Source: Vampirovibrionaceae bacterium NZW_1234 (GTDB taxonomy: Bacteria; Cyanobacteriota; Vampirovibrionia; Vampirovibrionales; JAGQHJ01). From it: 64,000 nt of DNA. The notes beneath the pieces were generated by a model. It had not been told where the DNA came from, searched no databases, and saw only the letters and a list, made by a program, of their open reading frames with translations. This document shows, piece by piece, positions 40,064 to 48,863 of the stretch (positions are counted from its first letter, which is position 1; every line of letters begins with the position of its first letter). A program made the translations under genes and the position numbers. The DNA is taken from assembly GCA_041697335.1 (NCBI GenBank), contig JBGUGD010000039.1, positions 128,001 to 192,000 on the forward strand, written 5' to 3'.

Positions 40064-40774
40064 TTAATCGGCAAAGACCATGCGCTTTAAATAGGTGGCA
40101 CCGGATTTGGAGCGATGCAGGGCCTGTTTCAGGCGGAAGCACGAAGGGCATTGGCCGCATTGGACATCGGCATCGGTGTAGCAGCTCCAGATGAGGTGCA
40201 GGGGCACATCCAGCTCGACCGCGGCATCCACAATCTCGGTTTTGTTCAAGTCACCTACCGGGCAGACCACCTCGGGGTGATTGAGGGTCGAGAGTTCAAA
40301 GGCGGCATTGATGCGATCGCGAAACTCGGGGGTGTTGTCCGGGAAGCGCTCGGCCTCTTCGGCATTGGCCCCGAACAGGATAATCGAGGCTTCAAGAGCT
40401 TCGGCGTAGGTGGCGGCGATGTTCAGAAACAGCCCGTTACGGTTGGGAACCCAGACGGGTTTGGCGTCAAAAAAGGCGTCATCGATAGAGCCCTTCATCC
40501 AGTCCATGGGCACCACGGGCTCCTGGCCATTGCGGCGCATAACCAGGTTTTTGGGCAGCAGGGACGACAGCCAGGGCAGGGCAATGATTTCGTGCTTGAC
40601 CCGATAATGCTCGGCCACCAGGCGGGAGGCTTTGACTTCCTTGCCAAAGGCACGCTGGCCATAATTGAAGGTCAGGGCGAGAACCACCTCGTATTCCTGA
40701 ACTGCTTTGGCCAGGGCCACGGTAGAATCCAGGCCGCCGGAGAGTAGAATCACCGCATTTTGTCTATGGAACAT
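40064..40774 (-). CDS. queC: 7-cyano-7-deazaguanine synthase
   Basis: LLSGGLDS, FNYGQR, VPNRN, PDN and WSCY...CGQCPSC motifs. Start placed at ATG 40774. Confidence 0.93.
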   Translation of the reverse strand: MFHRQNAVILLSGGLDSTVALAKAVQEYEVVLALTFNYGQRAFGKEVKASRLVAEHYRVKHEIIALPWLSSLLPKNLVMRRNGQEPVVPMDWMKGSIDDAFFDAKPVWVPNRNGLFLNIAATYAEALEASIILFGANAEEAERFPDNTPEFRDRINAAFELSTLNHPEVVCPVGDLNKTEIVDAAVELDVPLHLIWSCYTDADVQCGQCPSCFRLKQALHRSKSGATYLKRMVFAD

Positions 40775-41714
40775 AGGTTTCAAGCTCCTGTCTGATAAAG
40801 TTCGGTAAATTTTCCTGGGTATCCAGAATCTCGCGGATGAGGGCTTCGCCACCCAGCTGGTAGAGGGTCGAGGCGGCGGCAATGGCCACATCGTCATCGG
40901 AATCAAAGAGGCGTTCGCGAAGGACCCCGATACAGCTTTCATCGCCGATTTCGGCCAGCGACTCGACGGCCGACAGGCGGATGGAGGCGGCGTCATCGTT
41001 CAAGGCTTCCAGCAACGCTTTTTGGGCCTTGTTATGATTGGACCCCAAGCGGCCAATGGCCTCGACAATCTGCTCTTTCAAGAAGTTGAACTTGTTTTTC
41101 AGCCCTTTTTGGGATTCAAACATTTCCAACAGGGGATCCAGGGCCCGGATGTCACCCAGCATCCCCAAGGCCTTAATGGCCGATTCTTTCAAGTACTGAC
41201 TGGACTCTTTGTCATCCTGCACAATATTAATCAACGGATTTAAGGCCTGGGAATCGCCCAATCGGCCCAAACTTTCGGCTGCAGCCAGCCTCAGGCGGTA
41301 ATTTTCCTTCTGGTTTCCGAGCACGCTCATCAGCGGCACCAGCGCCCGGTCGTCGCCCATCCGTCCCAGGGCCTGGATGGCGGTAATGCGAATTCGCATG
41401 CCCACGTCGCTTTGGGCAAAGTCTTTGTGGGATTGTTCAATGGTGGTTTTACCCGAGCACAGCACCAGATCGATCAAGGGCATCACGGCACTGTAGATTT
41501 TCTTGCGGGCCAGGATATTGATGACATGCATCATGACCCGGGGCTCGGCATCGTGATTGATGACACTGAGCAGGGCATGGACAGATTGGGGTTCGGCCCG
41601 ATCGGCGAGTTGGGTGGCCGCTTCGATGCGGACGGTGACCGATTCCTCAGCCGAAAGCACTTGCTGGAGCAAGACCTCAAGGCTCTTCGGTTGGTTTTTG
41701 TCAGGTGGCGCCAT
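40764..41714 (-). CDS. HEAT/PBS-lyase repeat protein
   Basis: Repeated R..A..ALG.(L/M)GD..A(L)..L units. Start may instead be ATG 41795. Confidence 0.85.
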   Translation of the reverse strand: MAPPDKNQPKSLEVLLQQVLSAEESVTVRIEAATQLADRAEPQSVHALLSVINHDAEPRVMMHVINILARKKIYSAVMPLIDLVLCSGKTTIEQSHKDFAQSDVGMRIRITAIQALGRMGDDRALVPLMSVLGNQKENYRLRLAAAESLGRLGDSQALNPLINIVQDDKESSQYLKESAIKALGMLGDIRALDPLLEMFESQKGLKNKFNFLKEQIVEAIGRLGSNHNKAQKALLEALNDDAASIRLSAVESLAEIGDESCIGVLRERLFDSDDDVAIAAASTLYQLGGEALIREILDTQENLPNFIRQELETYVP

Positions 41715-41959
41715 AACCACGTTTAATCCGGTTTCCCATTCCACAGCGCTGGACTCCTCACTGGCGAGGCCCCGTTCACACCGAGGGATTCGCATTGTGA
41801 GTAGTGTAGCAGAGACATGGTAAACGCTCCAGAGGGAACTGCCTACCCCACTCATTGTACTGAAATCTGGCAATCCCGGTAATCCTTCAAATCCGGCAGA
41901 TCCGATCATGGTTCAATTCCCTTGGTCCATTCCCCTTATTCTCCCGATGCGGGTGGGTT

Positions 41960-42904
41960 TTAATACCGGTACTCGTCGGATTCGGGCGGATTCATGCGCC
42001 GGTGTGCCAGCTCAGACACGCGGTGGTATTCTCGTTGGGCGTGGTGGGCCAGGGTTTGAAAGACTTCTTCCACCAGGTACAGGCGCTGGGGGGAATAGAC
42101 CACTTCCCAGTCGATGCCCTGTTTCAGGTACTCGATGATGGCTTTAAATTGTTCCAGGTCGATCTTCAGGGGTGGGGGTGTTTCAAAGGGTCTTTTATAC
42201 CGAGGTTTTTTGGCTTGGAGCAGATAGAACCGCAAGACGGACTCGGGTTCTTGTGCGGCCTGCATGGCTCGCCGCAGCTCTTCCTGGACGATAGGCGGGT
42301 ATTGGAGCAGGCGACAGACGTCGGTTTTTTTGGCGCCAATGGATTTAAGTTCCGGGAAACGTTTGACGCATTCACCCACCTTGATGTCCCGACGAATGGT
42401 GCGAGTACCAGCGCCAAGAGACTTTGCTTTAAGAGATACAAAGGACTTATTCACCGTGTGGCCAAATTGGCCACACGGTGCTCCTCGGTTAGCACCATGC
42501 TTTGTTTCCGGGTAAACGGCTTCGTAAATATCGCGTTCGCGCACTAAGGCTTCGCAGGCCTCCAAGTCGGGGAGGTTTTTGCGTTTGGTATTGGCGTGGA
42601 GTTTGAGGAGGAACTCGGCTTCATCGGAGGCCGGGGTCAGGACCAGGCAGGGAGCCTCTTTAAAGTTACTGGCCTTGAGGGCTTCATAGCGGTGGTGGCC
42701 GCTGAGGATCTGGTAGCGCCCCTGGCCCAGGGGTTTGACCAGCAGCGGGTGCAGGGGGCCGCGGCCCAGAGTTTGGAAGCTTTCCACCAGATCCGCCACG
42801 TGGGCGGCATCAAGTTCCTGGCGTAGCGGGTCCGGATCGGGGACCAGGCAGTCCAGTTTAATGGGTTGAATGCGCAGATGGCTTGTTGCGAGGGTGGGGA
42901 ACAT
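41960..42904 (-). CDS. Orphan ParB N-terminal-domain protein (phage/plasmid-like subtype)
   Basis: LVESF...LHPLLV...YQILSGHHRYEAL, HANTKRKNL, YEAVYPETKHG and an HTH-like RTIRRDI segment. Confidence 0.8.
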   Translation of the reverse strand: MFPTLATSHLRIQPIKLDCLVPDPDPLRQELDAAHVADLVESFQTLGRGPLHPLLVKPLGQGRYQILSGHHRYEALKASNFKEAPCLVLTPASDEAEFLLKLHANTKRKNLPDLEACEALVRERDIYEAVYPETKHGANRGAPCGQFGHTVNKSFVSLKAKSLGAGTRTIRRDIKVGECVKRFPELKSIGAKKTDVCRLLQYPPIVQEELRRAMQAAQEPESVLRFYLLQAKKPRYKRPFETPPPLKIDLEQFKAIIEYLKQGIDWEVVYSPQRLYLVEEVFQTLAHHAQREYHRVSELAHRRMNPPESDEYRY

Positions 42905-43133
42905 GGCATAAATCCTTTTTTTCGAGGGTATGAGGGAAGCTTTATTTTTTGTGAGGGTGTATGGGTTGTGCTGCGGGCATTTTCTTTATTTTATATCCAT
43001 ATTATATATTATGGTTTCAAAACCGGCTTGTTTTTAATAAAAAATTAATATTTTGGCTTGATACAAGAGGGTTTTCGGGTTTTAAACGGGTATTTTTGTC
43101 TGATATTTTTGGTTTTGAGGTTTTTTGGGGTGA

Positions 43134-43417
43134 GTTTTTTGAAGAGTGTTGGTGATGGGGTTTTGTGGTTGATTGGGTCCGAGAGGGGGGTCTCCCTCTC
43201 GGGCTCTCCCCACTGGAACCGGTTTCGCCCGGTTCCAGACCTCCGACGAAGTTTGGATCTTGGGTGCGGTGTTAGGGTTCGGTTTTTGGGTTGTCTGGCT
43301 TTTCGGCAAGTGCGGGGCATGGTTTTTTGAAGGGTGTTGGCGATGGGTTTTAAGTGGTTGATTGGGTCCGAGAGGGAAGCCACCCTCTCGGACCTAATCA
43401 AACACTTAAAACCCATC
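43134..43417. repeat. Two ~70-bp imperfect direct repeats (43134-43204, 43322-43393); the second is part of a 35-bp inverted repeat (43342-43417)
   Basis: Both copies share GTTTTTTGAAG.GTGTTGG.GATGGG...GTGGTTGATTGGGTCCGAGAGGG-N6-CCCTCTCGG. Confidence 0.9.
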
Positions 43418-43790
43418 TCCCACAACAAAAACCCCGCAGACAAAAAAATAAACCCTTGTCATCGCAAGACAACAAGGGCTCTATCGAGTAGAGAAGTAGA
43501 AGAAGAGAAGAAGCGAACCAATCTGTAAGCATAAAACCCGTTTTTCACGATTTGATGACCTTTTGTTACTTTTTATGAAGCCTGAAAATTGGCTTCCAGA
43601 GACCCTTTTAACCATTTTTTAATTTTTATAAATAATTAAAACCTGGGAATTATTTAGGTAGGCCCGAAAAGGGCCTTGAGCCAAGGGCTTTGTCCTGGTA
43701 GAATGAGCTTTCCTCCAAACACGCGCCCTACAGACGCGTTGAAGGATGGGAGGTACTGGGAATGATTGGGAACCGTGGGGACTGTATGCC

Positions 43791-45149
43791 ATGAATCATC
43801 GAATCACGTTGGGGACCAACCCCGTTCGCTTTGGTCAGAAAAACTCGTTTCAACCCATTGCCTGGACACCAGGCCAAGGCCTGAAGGTGCCGGATCAGGT
43901 GATTATCCCGTCCGTGGCCGGGGACGGCATTGGGCCGGAAATTATGCCCGAAGCCCAACGCGTGGTCAACGCGGCCGTGAAAAAAGCCTATGGGATGGCC
44001 CGATCCATTCAATGGCTGCCCCTGACCATTGGGGAAAAAGCCCTGGCCGCGGGGAAAAAACTCATCCCCGATGAGGTCCTCGACCAGATCAAACAACACC
44101 ATGTCTTTGTGAAAGGCCCCGTGGGAACCCCCATCGGCAAGGGCTTTCGCAGCGTTAACGTGGAGCTGAGGAAACAACTGGATCTCTACGCCTGTATCCG
44201 CCCGGTCAAGGCCCTGGCAGGCGTGATGACGCCCATGAAAGTGGACCAGACCGACATCGTCCTGTTTCGGGAGAACACGGAGGATGTCTACCAGGGCGTC
44301 GAATTTAAAGCAGGCTCGCGTCCGGCACGGATTTTGGCCTGGACCCTCAACACTGTTTTTCCGTGGGTCAACCGGCTTTTTGGCAACCGCGACGGCAGCG
44401 ACGGTCCCAGCACCATTGCCATTCACCCCGATAGCGCCATCGGCATCAAACCGGCCAGCGAAGAAGCCTCCAAGCGCCTGGTGCGTCGGGCCATTCAGTA
44501 TGCCATCGACCACAAGCGCCCGTCGGTGACCCTGGTGGGCAAGGGCAATATTATGAAATTTACCGAAGGCGAATTTTTGGAATGGGGCAAGCAGGTGGCC
44601 CGGGAGGAGTTTCCGGGACAGACCATCAGCGACGAGGACTTTCGTAAAACCTACGGCGGGGATTACAAAAAAGCCATGGCCGACGGGAAAGTCGTCATCC
44701 AGGAACGCCTGACCGATGCCATGTGCCAGGATATCGTTCTGAACCCGCAGTGGCACAGCGTGATTGCCACCACCAACCTGAACGGCGACTTGATGTCCGA
44801 CATTCTCGCCGCCACCGTCGGGGGCTTGGGCATTGCCCCCGGGGCCAACATCGGCGAAAAATACGCCATGTTCGAGTCCACCCACGGCACGGCCCCCACG
44901 ATTGCCGGGAAAAATATCGCCAATCCCACCGCCCTGATGCTGACCATGGGCATGATGCTGGATCACCTGGGCTGGAAAGAGGCCGCGCAAAAACTCCGCC
45001 ACGGGATCGAAAAAACCCTGGCCCAAGGCAAAATGACCGGCGATCTGGCCGTCAAAGCCGGAAAACCGGCACTGTCAACCACGGATTACACCCAGGCCGT
45101 GATCGAGGCCATTGAGTCTGACGATTCTAAAACAGCCAAGGTCGCGTAG
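43791..45149 (+). CDS. icd: Isocitrate dehydrogenase (E. coli Icd type) with N-terminal extension
   Basis: GDGIGPEI, KGPVGTPIGKGFRSVNV, RENTEDVY, KGNIMKFTEG, NLNGD and HGTAP motifs. Confidence 0.88.
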   Translation: MNHRITLGTNPVRFGQKNSFQPIAWTPGQGLKVPDQVIIPSVAGDGIGPEIMPEAQRVVNAAVKKAYGMARSIQWLPLTIGEKALAAGKKLIPDEVLDQIKQHHVFVKGPVGTPIGKGFRSVNVELRKQLDLYACIRPVKALAGVMTPMKVDQTDIVLFRENTEDVYQGVEFKAGSRPARILAWTLNTVFPWVNRLFGNRDGSDGPSTIAIHPDSAIGIKPASEEASKRLVRRAIQYAIDHKRPSVTLVGKGNIMKFTEGEFLEWGKQVAREEFPGQTISDEDFRKTYGGDYKKAMADGKVVIQERLTDAMCQDIVLNPQWHSVIATTNLNGDLMSDILAATVGGLGIAPGANIGEKYAMFESTHGTAPTIAGKNIANPTALMLTMGMMLDHLGWKEAAQKLRHGIEKTLAQGKMTGDLAVKAGKPALSTTDYTQAVIEAIESDDSKTAKVA

Positions 45150-45164
45150 AGCAAAGCATACGCC

Positions 45165-45398
45165 TTACGGTTCGGGCGGCTTGGGCAAAACGGGGGGATA
45201 TTTGTCTACCCCGGGAGACGGCGCTGTGGGCAAGGGAGCTGTATTGAAGGAATTCTGCAACGGGAGCGGGATGTCGTTAGGCAGGGTAGACGGAATGAAA
45301 GCCCGATCCTGAAAAATCAAGGGCGGCGGCGTAGGTTTCGCCACTTCTCTGGCTGAAGATAGGAGAGGTAAGGGTTTAGGTGGGATAGGTCCTGCCAT
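45165..45398 (-). CDS. 77-aa proline-rich protein
   Basis: GGAGGT RBS before ATG; about 30% Pro; converges on icd. Confidence 0.55.
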   Translation of the reverse strand: MAGPIPPKPLPLLSSAREVAKPTPPPLIFQDRAFIPSTLPNDIPLPLQNSFNTAPLPTAPSPGVDKYPPVLPKPPEP

Positions 45399-45517
45399 AA
45401 AAGGATACCTCCGGACTGGCCCCGTATTCTAGAACCGCTGTTGTCAGGGTAGCAAGATACGGGGGTGCGTGACTACCTGATCACCATATCGGCAACCATG
45501 GCCAACCCTTGAATGGG

Positions 45518-46456
45518 TTAGCGGGTGGTCAGGGCCAGATCGCCGTTGAGGTACATGGGCATCAGGGACCGGATGGTCGCGGTGAGGGTGGTGATGCGGG
45601 TCAGCTCGTCAGCATCCGGCGCCACCAGGGGCAGGCGCAAGAATGGCTCTATCATGCCCAGTTGACTCAGGCAGGTTTTCACCACCGTGGGGTTGGGCAG
45701 GAAGAACAGCTCCTTGAAGACCGGCATCAGTTGAAGGTGTAGGGCCAGCGCGGTTTTGTGATCCTGGGCCCGGAAGGCATCGACCATCTGACGAATGAGG
45801 GTGCCCACCACATGAGAAGCCACGCTGAAGACCCCATCGGCACCCAAGGCCAACATGGGCAGGGTCAGGCTGTCATCGCCACACCACAGGCGGAAGGACG
45901 AGGGCGTTTTCAAACGGATATCACTGACCAGATCCATATCCGGGTTGCTTTGCTTGACGCCAATCAGGTTGTCATGGGCATTGGCGAGAGTCGCCATGGT
46001 CTCGGCCGTCATATTGACCACACTGCGCCCCGGAATGTTGTAGATGATGACCGGGCTGCTGACGGCCTGGGCCACGGCCCCAAAGTGGGCCACCATGCCT
46101 TTTTGAGAGGGCTTGTTGTAATAGGGCACCACTACCAAGAGGGCATCCACCCCGGCTTTTTCGGTTTGCCGGGACAGCTCGATGGTGGACTGGGTGTCGT
46201 TGGTGGCACTCCCGGCAATGAGCTTAACCGGCTGCTGGCCAATGACGCCTTTCACGGTTTTGAGAACCGCGAGCTTTTCCTCGGTCGTCACCGTGGGGTT
46301 TTCGCCCGTGGAGCCGTTGACCAGAATGGCATCGGATCCGGTATCAATAAGATGTTGGGCCAGGCGCTCCAGGGCGCCATGATCCACACTAAAATCCGAC
46401 TTAAACGGCGTAACAATCGCCGTACACAGTGTCATATCCAAGGTATTCTGCCCCAT
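45518..46456 (-). CDS. dapA: 4-hydroxy-tetrahydrodipicolinate synthase
   Basis: TAIVTPF, GSTGE, PYYNKP, YNIPGRS and GVKQS motifs. Confidence 0.96.
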   Translation of the reverse strand: MGQNTLDMTLCTAIVTPFKSDFSVDHGALERLAQHLIDTGSDAILVNGSTGENPTVTTEEKLAVLKTVKGVIGQQPVKLIAGSATNDTQSTIELSRQTEKAGVDALLVVVPYYNKPSQKGMVAHFGAVAQAVSSPVIIYNIPGRSVVNMTAETMATLANAHDNLIGVKQSNPDMDLVSDIRLKTPSSFRLWCGDDSLTLPMLALGADGVFSVASHVVGTLIRQMVDAFRAQDHKTALALHLQLMPVFKELFFLPNPTVVKTCLSQLGMIEPFLRLPLVAPDADELTRITTLTATIRSLMPMYLNGDLALTTR

Positions 46457-46489
46457 ATCCGTGTCTCCTCCTTAAGAAACCCGATAATA

Positions 46490-47539
46490 CTAAACCGCTT
46501 CCACGACGCGGTCGGTGGCTCTGATCAAATTCATCTGGTGCAGTTTTTCGGCAATACGAACGGCATTCAAGGCCGCCCCAATCCGAAGGTTGTCGGCCAC
46601 CACCCACAGGTTGACGCCATAACCCGGATTGGACGAGTCTTCCCGAACCCGACCCACCAGAACCGGGTCGATTCCGGCCGCATCACGCGGGGTGGGAAAT
46701 TCCTCCTGCTTTTCAAAGACCTGCACATCAGGCACCTGCTTGAGGGCCGCAATGACCTGCTTAGGCGTGGTGGGCTTTTCAAAGTCCACGGTGACCGATT
46801 CACTGTGGCTGATAAGCACAGGCACCCGGACGGCGGTACAGGTGATGCGCAAGTCAGGCTTGTGAAGCATCTTGCGGCTTTCGGCAATGACTTTGAATTC
46901 TTCCTTGGTGTAGCCATCGTCCATGAACTTGTCAATCTGGGGAATCAGGTTGAAGGCCAACGGGCGAGAGAAGAGGTGGTGCGTGATCTCCCCTTCAAAG
47001 TTTGTGGTGGCAAAGGCCTTGATGGTCTGGCACAGCTCGTCCATGGCATTCTTTCCGGCGCCACTGGCCGACTGATAAGTGCTGACGACAACCCGTTTCA
47101 AGCCGCCCAAGTCATCCAGGGCTTTCAGGACCGGCATGAGTTGGGCCGTGGAACAGTTGGGGTTGGCCACAATGCCTTTGTGCCAGGTCAAGTCCTCATC
47201 GTTAACACCGGCCACCACCAGAGGAACCTCTTCGTGCAAGCGGAAAAAGCTGGTGTTGTCTACCACGACGGCACCCCGCTTGACGGCTTCGGGGACCAGC
47301 TTTTCGCTGACAGACCCACCGGCGGACGCCAAAACCAAATCCACCCCGTCGAAGGCTTCGGGGCGAGCTTCTTCGATGGTGTAGGACTTGCCCATAAAGG
47401 TCAGGGTACCACCGGCACTCTTGGCACTGGCCAAAGGCTTTAACGTGCCTACCGGAAACTGACGTTCTTCCAGGATTTGCAAAATCCGCTGGCCCACCAA
47501 TCCCGTGGCTCCCAGTACCGCAACCGTATATGTTTTCAT
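46490..47539 (-). CDS. asd: Aspartate-semialdehyde dehydrogenase
   Basis: GATGLVG, ANPNCST, STYQSASGAG and VVADNLRIGAALNAV motifs. Confidence 0.97.
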   Translation of the reverse strand: MKTYTVAVLGATGLVGQRILQILEERQFPVGTLKPLASAKSAGGTLTFMGKSYTIEEARPEAFDGVDLVLASAGGSVSEKLVPEAVKRGAVVVDNTSFFRLHEEVPLVVAGVNDEDLTWHKGIVANPNCSTAQLMPVLKALDDLGGLKRVVVSTYQSASGAGKNAMDELCQTIKAFATTNFEGEITHHLFSRPLAFNLIPQIDKFMDDGYTKEEFKVIAESRKMLHKPDLRITCTAVRVPVLISHSESVTVDFEKPTTPKQVIAALKQVPDVQVFEKQEEFPTPRDAAGIDPVLVGRVREDSSNPGYGVNLWVVADNLRIGAALNAVRIAEKLHQMNLIRATDRVVEAV

Positions 47540-47756
47540 CGCCGCATCGTCCTTACATGGTCTGACACATCCCCCTCAGTGTAGTACAGCCAAGGCCGGG
47601 CGACAATGCCTGGACGATTGTCGAAGTCCGGGGAAAAAAATCCACCGTACAGTTGTTTGTTTTATGTCATGCATTTTGGAATAATGAACTTGCCCCTCAA
47701 AGCATCCATGCTGAGGTACGATTGAGGAAGAGTAACGTCACGACTGAAGTCCCCCT

Positions 47757-48863
47757 ATGAGTGCAACCAAAGCCGTTTTAGACAAACTGTCCACCGCCGC
47801 CCTGGTCTTTGAACAAAAGGAACCGGGACAATGGGTAGTGATCGACTGGAACCCCGCCCTGGAAACCCTGCGAGAAGGCCCAGGGAAAGACCTGAAAGGC
47901 CGGGAAGCCAAGAGCTTTATTGAGGTTGAAGCCAAGGCCAACAACCCCTTGCCCCTGTTTCAAGAGAAAAGCGTCAAGCCCATGACCCCCTTGAACATCC
48001 ATACGGGCTTGTTTGAAACTGCCTCGCAGCAACAGGTGCGGGTCAAAATCAAGTACGACTGGGTGGATGCCGACACCCTGGTAATGTGGATCGAGCTGTT
48101 CTCCGAAGATATGGCCCTGACCCAGGCCCATGCCGACTTTGTCAGCACCGTCAGCCACGAGTTTCGTACCCCGCTGACCAGCATTAAAGGCTTTGCCGAT
48201 ACGCTCTTGCGCTACGGCTCGAACCTGGATCCCGAACAACAAAAACGCTTTATCAACATTATTAAGCACCAGGCCGACCGTTTGACCCGCCTGGTTGAAA
48301 ATATGTTGACCGTCTCCAAGCTGGGTGCCCAGAAAACCCAGTTTATCTATCGGCCTATTCCGCTGAAAAAGACCATCGAGCGGATTGTGCAAAGTGTGGA
48401 AGCCAAAATCCCGGACCCGCGGGAGTTCAAGATCAAGATTTCCGAAGACCTGGTGGAAGTCTGGGCCGACCCGGACAAATTGGAGCAGGTGCTGTTAAAC
48501 CTCATCGACAACGCCGCCAAGTACTCCTATGCCGAATCCACCGTCACCATCCAGGCCGATTTGCTGGAAGACGACAACGACAAGATTGAAATCAACATCA
48601 GTGACCAGGGTGTGGGGATTCCCAAGGAACACTTGCCCAATATCTTCAACAAGTTCTCCCGGATTGATAACCCCTTGACCCGGGAAGTGGAAGGCACAGG
48701 CCTAGGTCTGTACATCACCAAGTCGCTGACCAACGCCATGGGCGGCCAGATTTCCGTGACCAGCGAAGAGAAAAAAGGCACCACTTTTACCGTTATTCTG
48801 CCGGTCGCCACCCCTGAACGACAAGCCGCAGCCCGACTCCAGGGAGAAGAGGAGACGGCCTAA
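47757..48863 (+). CDS. Cytoplasmic sensor histidine kinase (PAS-like, HisKA, HATPase)
   Basis: VSHEFRTPLTSI, NLIDNAAKYS, DQGVGI and GTGLGL motifs; no TM helix. Confidence 0.93.
   Translation: MSATKAVLDKLSTAALVFEQKEPGQWVVIDWNPALETLREGPGKDLKGREAKSFIEVEAKANNPLPLFQEKSVKPMTPLNIHTGLFETASQQQVRVKIKYDWVDADTLVMWIELFSEDMALTQAHADFVSTVSHEFRTPLTSIKGFADTLLRYGSNLDPEQQKRFINIIKHQADRLTRLVENMLTVSKLGAQKTQFIYRPIPLKKTIERIVQSVEAKIPDPREFKIKISEDLVEVWADPDKLEQVLLNLIDNAAKYSYAESTVTIQADLLEDDNDKIEINISDQGVGIPKEHLPNIFNKFSRIDNPLTREVEGTGLGLYITKSLTNAMGGQISVTSEEKKGTTFTVILPVATPERQAAARLQGEEETA

Noticed and set aside
40064..42904. queC plus ParB-like gene as a 7-deazaguanine DNA-modification or Qat defence system
   Set aside because: queC looks like the housekeeping type coupled to a HEAT gene, and no dpdA, queD/E, TatD or ATPase partners are nearby.
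42905..43790. Possible oriC, dif site or CRISPR array
   Set aside because: No DnaA box cluster, dnaA gene or dif consensus; only two repeat copies and no cas genes.
45758..47443. 561-aa ORF antisense to dapA-asd, and similar long shadow ORFs opposite icd, ctpA, fliG and fliF
   Set aside because: They mirror well-conserved genes with biased third codon positions and have no recognisable motifs.
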